Source of the DNA: Chrysomallon squamiferum
Taxonomy: Eukaryota; Animalia; Mollusca
DNA: 64,000 nucleotides
Direction: 5' to 3'
NCBI GenBank assembly: GCA_012295275.1
Contig: CM022679.1
Coordinates: forward strand, 16,306,001-16,370,000
Both the position numbers and the translations under genes were made by a program. The notes below the pieces were generated by a model. It saw only the letters and a list, made by a program, of their open reading frames with translations, was not told where the DNA came from and ran no database searches. Numbering within the stretch: position 1 is the first letter of the stretch; every line of letters starts with the position of its first letter. Shown here piece by piece: positions 56,901 to 64,000 of this stretch.

Positions 56901-57288
56901 CTATTTTATTCTTTCGTCTGATCAGAAAAATGTCATAGGCACAGTTGTGAAGTAGATCTGCTCTGTAGTTGTATCCCTTGATACCTTCGCCTGTCTTGAC
57001 AAAACACAATCTGCATGCCAGACGAAAATCAAAGTCTTCTTTGAGAGGCCAGTCAACATCAACCATTGGCTGATTACCAGATATTCCTAATAAAGTATAT
57101 ATCAAAAAATAATTATCAGTATCAGTAAACAATATGTAATAGTGATATATAATTAAATAGTTTGGTTATCGTTTCATTCTTTTTGTGACAAGTCTTTATC
57201 AATAAATTTTTATAATAAAATATGTTGATGTGTACAGAAACAAAGAGAAAATTAAAATGAACACGAAAACACACACACACACAAAAAT

Positions 57289-57335
<47 letters not shown>

Positions 57336-58909
57336 TAATAATAAATATATAAAAAATAAAAGACCATAGTAAATTGTGTTTAAATACCTGCTTTTTCAAA
57401 ATTATTCAAATCCATCATTGATTTCTTGGTTGAAGCCTGAAACAACGATAAGACATTACTTATCTATCAAATTTCAGCTATGAAGTTTCAAATACCTAGA
57501 AACAATTTTTATATGAAGACATTAAGTTAGGTATAAAACAAACATACATTTCTGAAACTATCGATTTTTCACACAAAAATATTTTGCGATTCTAAGGTTA
57601 TTATCTTGAAAACTTGTAAGGTTTTACTGGAGTAAATTTTATGAACACAATTTTATGAAGTATTAAGTTAACAGCAATGTATTATTAGATATTTAAGGGT
57701 GATAATGGAAATAAATACATAGTGTATAAGTATAAATTATAATTTACATGGTCTAAATTAACGGTCCATATGAACATACTTTACTGTGCTGGTCAGAAAA
57801 GGCAAAGGCTTTTGCTGATTCGTCTTTCATTGAGGTGCTTGATTTTGATGTCTTCTGATGATCTCCCATGTTTCGGACTTTCTGTAAGTTCATAGCAAAC
57901 TTTTCATCTTCACCCAAACTGCTAGAATCAGAGTCTGAAGAGCTTTCATACTGGGTCTTTAACCTTTCTTTCTTAACCTTAGCTTGTCCATTAGTCTGGC
58001 CTTGCTGCCGAGATGCTGATTGTAAATACATAAATACATGTGTACAAATATTATATTAGTCACATTTAAAATAAATATTTTCAAATACCTTCAAATATTA
58101 TGTAATTCCATACACACACACACACACAAAAAGACATAAACATACACATACTCTCCTTGACACACAAATATACATAAACATTTTGAATTATAAAAGCAGA
58201 TCATTCTGGAAAACCATCTATAGGTAAGTCAAAATATATGTAACAATAACATAACAATATTATTTAATTAAAAGAAAAAGCCAGTGAACTATTAAATAAC
58301 TCTGGATCTACATATACAGGGAAGTTGACACTCACAGACACACACACACACAGACATACAAAGAAACTTTACCTTTCTTCTTCTTAGGCATTTTCTGTTT
58401 CTTTGCAACTGTTTCTTTCTGTTAAAAGGAGAAAAAAATAACAAAGAAAAACATCAATATTAAACAGGAATAGGAGATGAACTGCAATAATATTTAAAAA
58501 AAAAAAAATCAAGATAAACATTTAACAAAACTTCTGCAGCACTTAGGTATCTGTAAAACTATTTGAATCTTTTGAAACAAATACACAGCAACTAAATAAG
58601 AGATAAAAATACTAATAATAACAAAAAAAAAGCAGTCTAAAATATAGAGAATTAAATAAATTAAGAAAAAAAAAAAAATAATAATAATGTTATATAATAA
58701 CTATAAATGTTTAGGATGAGCTGAAATGATACCTTTTGTGATTTTACAAGATTTGTACCATCCAACCAAACATTCTCAATGTCAGTTTTAGAAGTTGACT
58801 TTACAGCTGCAACTGAAACCTCAGATTTCTTTACAGTATTTGTTCTATTTTCAGATGCTGAAGACTGTTCCACCAGTTCCTTCAACTGTTCTATCTGTTC
58901 TTGAAAAAC
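36356..58909 (-). CDS. HELZ2: Giant HELZ2-like protein: ZC3H7-like zinc-module array, SF1 helicase 1, RNB (RNase II) domain, SF1 helicase 2; 5'-partial; one apparent frameshift at about 41970
   Basis: 25 exons: 58909-58733, 58418-58373, 58015-57780, 57436-57388, 57086-56818, 56331-56193, 55753-54134, 53722-53419, 52798-52588, 52277-52170, 51512-50992, 50666-50360, 49842-49682, 48439-48248, 46762-45958, 45562-45481, 44963-40999, 40674-40589, 40135-39869, 39617-39232, 39024-38812, 38320-38099, 37895-37739, 36966-36799, 36471-36356. Sum 10807 nt = 3602 codons + 1 nt. Helicase 1: GPFGTGKT, IDEAAQ, GDHMQ, INYRT, LNTALTR. RNB: FTIDAPSTNDLEDAL, FTSPLRRYIDLVVHR. Helicase 2: QGPPGTGKT, GDHKQLQP, SQGNEWDYV, NQVNVAITRAR. 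No start codon found; the gene continues to the right. Confidence 0.9.
40263..40485 (-). mobile_element. Terminal fragment of the same Tigger family as 23794-24510, inverted
   Basis: GAGTGGTACTTTGACTTAGGAGTTTAATTC...ATTAATCCATTCCAGC...AAACCACCCC...TAAATGACAAATATTGTA...AAAATAAAAGAGAATGTAAAGAAAT aligns to the reverse complement of about 24270-24510. Confidence 0.8.
47018..47974. mobile_element. Internally deleted ISL2EU-like (PIF/Harbinger group) transposon with convergent THAP and SWIM ORF remnants
   Basis: Perfect 18-bp inverted repeat ACAATTCATGTTTCCACA (47019-47036 and 47956-47973), with AT flanking the right end. The plus strand from ATG 47210 gives a broken MVKQCAWGTCKSD...KPKTIEKCLKWI*LCRQPHSQ (THAP-type). 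The minus strand from ATG 47893 gives MAKLVADS...GYIHDI...CWRSMRK/NDLAHKL...ANCSCKAG (start of a SWIM finger). Confidence 0.7.
48472..48523. repeat. (CA)n microsatellite
   Basis: Perfect CA run. Confidence 0.95.
49532..49596. repeat. Fragment of an interspersed repeat related to 34090-34170
   Basis: CTCCAAAATGCACCAGAATACACC...TTTTTAGGGGTGCATGTCCCCAACC parallels CCCAGAATGCAG...TTTCGGGGAGGCATGCCCCAC. Confidence 0.4.
52801..53095. repeat. Degenerate (AAT/AAC/GAT) trinucleotide low-complexity tract, intronic
   Basis: Periodicity-3 AT-rich tract that produces spurious Ile/Leu-rich ORFs. Confidence 0.7.
53190..53297 (-). mobile_element. Degenerate mollusc-type SINE core fragment (Meta/MESC-like)
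   Basis: The plus strand reads CCTGCTGTCACA..TGGCTA..GGATCTTTTATATCCATCAATCCA...TTTGATAAACCAGTCTTAGTGCTCTGGCT, matching the reverse complement of the recalled core (..GGGATGGTGCATATAAAAGATCC..TAGCCCA..). Confidence 0.5.
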
Positions 58910-60337
58910 CTAAAATAGGCACACAAAAAAATTAAATAAAATAAAAAAATATAATAAAAAAATAAAAAATATTAATTAATTAAAAAATGTCAAGGATGAT
59001 CTCTTGAAACTGAAATAAATACTTGCAGAATAACCTAACTGTTTTGAGACAGCATACATTTGTTTTGAGGTTTTGGGTTGTTGTTTTTTTAAAGTAATTA
59101 ATTAATTTTTTTATTTGTGAATAATTAATAATTACACTTTAACAATTTTAACATTAACAATCATTATATTATTATCAAACTTATGGTTTTAGTTTAATGA
59201 CATGCAACTTGCTACTGTTATGAACTAGCAGTGAAGAAACATTTATAAAGTGCATGCAAACTGTCAAAGATAGGAAAGCACAGAATGCTTGTCTTTGATA
59301 AACCAATACAAATATTTAATAATAATTATGTCAGTATGATTCTCTCTACATGAAATCAGTAGTATCAGTTGAAAAACTAACTATATTTAAAACAGTGTTC
59401 CTTTTCACATTTTGTGTAATCAACTGAAGTTAATATAATTTTCTACATTTATTTTGTTAAGCTATATCATATAAAGAAAGTGAAATAATGCCTTCATTAA
59501 ACAAATAAATTTGAAAACTTAATCCCTTAACAACAACAACAACAACAAAAGTAATATAATAATAAGATTATGCCTATGGTGATAGTAATAAAACTAAAAC
59601 ACAAATGATTCTTTGTTACAAGTTACACATAATAGGGGAAACTTCTCGAAATGTATTTTATTTTTATTAATAAAAACAGCCACAAATGTGACCAATCTTC
59701 AAATGTCACCTACTTTATACATTATGTGATTAATGGTGGCTACCTGCAGCATATTTTACATGTTGTTTTATGAATGTCACTGTGACATTTAAAATGTTAA
59801 AAAAGAAAATAGAAAAAGATATTAAGCTAAAAATAACTGTTTTCACACACACACACACACATTTAATTATTAAAGATAAAAAAAAAGATGTGTATCTTGT
59901 ATGAATGGTATGTCATGTAATAAAGTTCACAATGTTTAGCAGCAGACAAGGAAGTAAAAAATACTTTATAGATCAAAAGTTTTAAGATGAATAGAAAAAC
60001 AACATCAACAACAAAAAAAAATATATATATATAAATAAAATAACTTAACTGTAAAATGAAATGTATAAATATTATTACCAGAACAAAATAGGCTTGCTGG
60101 GTAACCTACAGCCGATGTTTCATATATATGTGAAACAAAAAGTTTAAATGTTTTCTAGAAAAAGATGAAACAATAAAAGAAATTATCTAACTCTACTTTC
60201 AAAATAAATAAAATTGTGAACAATTAAGAATTAAAATGGAAAGCAATTGCTTTTTATGCATTAAACTGTTAATTCTATGAATTTCTTTCTTAAAAATAAA
60301 ATTAAACAACTTGCCAACAAAAAGATGTCCACTGAAA

Positions 60338-60349
60338 GGGGGATTTCCC
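60338..60349 (+). promoter_or_regulatory. NF-kappaB (Rel) consensus site GGGGGATTTCCC
   Basis: Exact match to GGGRNNYYCC in very AT-rich sequence 5' of the first recognisable HELZ2-like exon. Motif match only. Confidence 0.35.
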
Positions 60350-62649
60350 TTTTGTAACTAAAAATAGGGATTGCATCATATTTGTTATATTTAATTCAGA
60401 TTGTCTAAAACTTATGAATACTTGGATTGTATTAAAAAATAAGCCATTGACATTTGAAATTGTTGTTAGGAAGAAAACAAAAAAATGAAATAAAACATCA
60501 AACCTCTCTGGCTGGTTTATCTAATAGGAAGAATACTCTGACATTCGGTGATCACATGATCAATAAACAAAGGTCAAAGGTAGGTGTATGGTGAACATAA
60601 AACTGATAACCAATTTATACATCTGCTGTATTTTAGCTGATTAATGTTATTTTAAAAAGTACAGTTTATTAAAATTCATTACTTTAAAAAACAAATGAAT
60701 ACCAAATATATTTTATCAATGCATATATATTTAAAATAATAATAATAATAAAAATAAATTTTATACTAATGCACTTCCAGTCCTAACCATTCTAAGTAAA
60801 ATAAATTTGTAGTTTGTTATTTTCAAGCAGTAACTTTGGTTGTTTCCCCCTAAATAAAAACTATTTAGTTATTGCTAGTATTCTGTGGTCATCTGATACA
60901 CAATATTATCACAAAATATGTTAACATATATATTGTCATGATTGGATGTTCTGTAGTCAAAATTTTATTTACATTCATTTGATTAATTTCTGATACATAC
61001 TAGATTACAAATTATAAATTATTAACTATATAGTAATGCTTTAATCTGAAGTCACCAAACTAATTTGACTACCAATGATATGCATTTGTGTATGAATGTA
61101 TTTATGTTGTAATATTAAACCTATGCCCATAGGACCATTTCTTTATTCAGCATATATTTTATAACAAAAAGTGAAAATCTTAGTATGTGGTGCATGGCTA
61201 TAAAAAGTTGTATACAAATAATATTATTATTTCCATTAACTGATTAAATTAGTTCAAGAAATCTTAATCTTTCAAATGACTTATTATTAATTTTCATACT
61301 GGTTGACTTTCCAGGTTTTTACTGATCTGATTTTACTGACAGAAAAAGAAGTAATGCAGTTTATTTTCAAAGCCTTTTTCAGATATATAACTGCAGTGTA
61401 CAATACTGTCCAGGTGTCATCAGTGCCTTCTATTATTATGATGAATAGCCTCTACTAAATTAATCTGTTTTTTGTTTTTTAAATTCATTTTTCATTTTTT
61501 TTTTACAAATTCTATTTATCTGTTCTAAATGTTAGATATGCTTTAATCTTGAGAGAAATTAATACTTTTCAGGACTTAGTAATGCTGAAAAAAATCTAAA
61601 CTATGTGAAATCCTATTTTTATACCAGGTAAATTTCAAACAAAAATGTTTTAATGTTTTTATGTTTTGGAACCAACTGATTTAAAAAACAAAACAAAAAA
61701 TTCATTAAATTATCTTTCTTTTAAAATATCATACAGATTATATCTCATTAAATCAAGTACCCGTTCACAATTAGCCCTTCTGCCTGTCCATAGAAATAAA
61801 CAAATGAGCATTCATTTTGAAGGAAAATCCTATCTGCATGTGATCATAATGAAAACAACATCAGTTATTTTTAACCTGTAATCGCTCGAAGGAAGAAGAA
61901 AAAAACATAAATTTCCTGGAAATAAATGTAAGTAAATTGATATCATTATTCCTATTATGTAAACAAATATCTTCTGAACAAGTATGCATTAGTTCTAGCG
62001 AAGTTTTAGAACTGATATAATGAACAGCGAAAAAATATTAAAATGGCAGATTTGTTGTCTGCAAGAGTGAAAGTAGCTTGTGTAATTCAGAAGTCAATTA
62101 ATTGCCATTGTGTAATCACTAACAGTTTACAAATGCAAAATCTAATTTTGTTTAATGTTATTTTTTATGAATGAATAGTTTTTTGATTATTAATAAAATT
62201 TTAACTTTTATTTATGAAAATATCAATCCCCTTCAATACTGTAATGGAACGCTCCTCTTTGAAAACGGTGGGCAAATTTATAACATATTTGTTAGAGGTT
62301 TTGGGTTGTTGGTTGCATGGTACTTGTAGAGGCTAGTAGCAGTTCATTCCTCTATTGGTTTTACACTGTTACACAGTTTTTATTATTAAAATCAAATATA
62401 ATATTTAATAAACATTATACTCTATACAATACATAATTATTTATCTTTGGGGATCACTATATATAAATTTGTTTTCAAATATTACAGGAGCAATACATTA
62501 TTTTCACTTTCTATGTTGAGAGATGGGGTGCATGGGTGTGTATATTAACTAGTACTATGTGAGCAAGTTGCCTACGAGCAAGGGTACATAAGCCATAATA
62601 GCAAAACAAAAAAACAAACAAACAAAAATTCATAAATATTTATTTAGAA

Positions 62650-64000
62650 ACACTTATTCCCTCACCTAAAAGAATGCAGTGGAACAAATATCCGAATTTT
62701 AAAGATATCAACTGGTGAAGGAAACAGCTTTTCCATGGGTTTGTAGGAGCTAAAAACTGGTGATGCAGAAAGTTTTCTTGCAGGCAGCTTACCTGACTTA
62801 GCCGAGGCTATTAGCTCCACTGAAGCTGAAAAGTCAGGTTTCTATGCCCAATTGTTAATGTCAACAACAAACACCATGACAGATAGACATATTGTGAACA
62901 AAAAATTCAAGATGCATCTTCAAGTGAGAGAAAATATTTAACAGATAGAGAAAAAAAAGAATATAATAGAAATCCATGGTCTTTACTGTGGACTCCATGT
63001 TCTAATTAATATGGCATCATCGGCCAAAAGTGTTATTGGTTTAAGCCATGATCTGATATACCAGTGTTGTAAAAGACTAACTGAAAGTGGATGTGGTGAT
63101 GAATTTAAAGCCATTCTTGAAGCAGAAAATAAGAAACATCATCTCATCACATTTATTGGCAATTGTTTCAATGACCTTTTCATCAACGGTGCTACTGTTT
63201 ATTATCACTGGAATGACATACCTTCTTTTTTCCATGAACACTACTGTGGGCAAAAGAATAAACTTTTACAAGCTATTCAAATGGTATAGAGATGATTGAT
63301 AATAAAGCCATGTGCCATGCTTTAGGCATTATTGAAAAGGACTCTTACTGGTCCATTGTGGTGGCTCTTGGAAGAAAACAAACATATTTTTGAAATGATC
63401 TCACATTGGGAACTTCTGTACACCAGTGTTCTAAACCTTAGCAAAGATACTACAGATCTTATTCATGGTGAATCCATATTCACAGGTGTTTGCATCACAA
63501 AGGATCATGTATGGGCTAATCTGTTTGCCACTCAAGATGCTGGATTCCAGCAAAAACCAAATACTGCCTACAAAAGGTTTTACACTCATTTATCCCATTG
63601 CTTTTTCACCAGTTACATGATCAGCTACCATGAGGAAAGTTCTATCAACCAAGTCAGAAAGTTATAGAGGAAACTGCTGGTGTTCAAGGCACATCAAAAT
63701 ATCTGAAGCTAACTTTGATGACCTTGACAGACTTGTGAAAAGAGCACTGCAGAAAGAAACTTCAACACAAGCAGGAGCTATACTTTATGTTAGAAACACG
63801 ACTGTCAAATATCTGAAATCTATTTCCAGTATCAAGAAAAGAAAGTATCTAGATACTGCTAGGAAACATGCAAAACAAGGAAGACAAACGGAATATCAAT
63901 GATGGAAAGAAATAATTAAAAACCATCAGCAACTTCTAGCAGAAAGAAAAAGAAAAAAGGGATTACAGGAACAAAAGGCAAGAGAATCAGCACAACAAAT
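62650..64000 (+). mobile_element. Decayed DDE transposase (CxxH-containing, hAT-related superfamily) running off the right edge
   Basis: Frame-broken peptides SMGL*ELKTGDAESFL, NTMTDRHIVNKKF, GLYCGLHVLINMA (CxxH), FIGNCFNDLFINGATVYYH, NKLLQAI, CHALGII, TGPLWWLL, SEANFDDLDRL, and a basic C-terminal tail. Many stops and frameshifts, no introns. Confidence 0.6.

Noticed and set aside
61290-61340. Possible further upstream HELZ2 exon (ISKNLESQP followed by GTATGA)
   Set aside because: The in-frame acceptor is weak, the better acceptor gives a stop in the required frame, and there is no homology support.

Overview
This is AT-rich, intron-rich animal genomic DNA, probably a marine invertebrate; degenerate Meta/MESC-type SINE cores hint at a gastropod mollusc (inference). 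Four spliced genes lie in tandem on the minus strand, reconstructed by hand from GT-AG junctions and phase continuity. (1) A divergent Rac/Mtl-like GTPase that runs off the left edge. (2) A canonical 192-aa Rac1. (3) RAD54B, with 26 coding exons and about 893 aa. (4) A giant HELZ2-like gene (at least 3,600 codons, 5' end not found), in which a ZC3H7/RoXaN-like array of zinc modules precedes an SF1 helicase, an RNB nuclease domain and a second SF1 helicase. The giant gene has a D-to-E change at the RNB catalytic aspartate, an E-to-D change in Walker B of the second helicase, and a 1-nt frame break between RNB and helicase 2, which may be an assembly error. Introns carry Tigger/pogo elements, an internally deleted ISL2EU-like element with convergent THAP and SWIM remnants, a decayed CxxH DDE transposase, SINE fragments and microsatellites. 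Most short ORFs in the supplied track are spurious.
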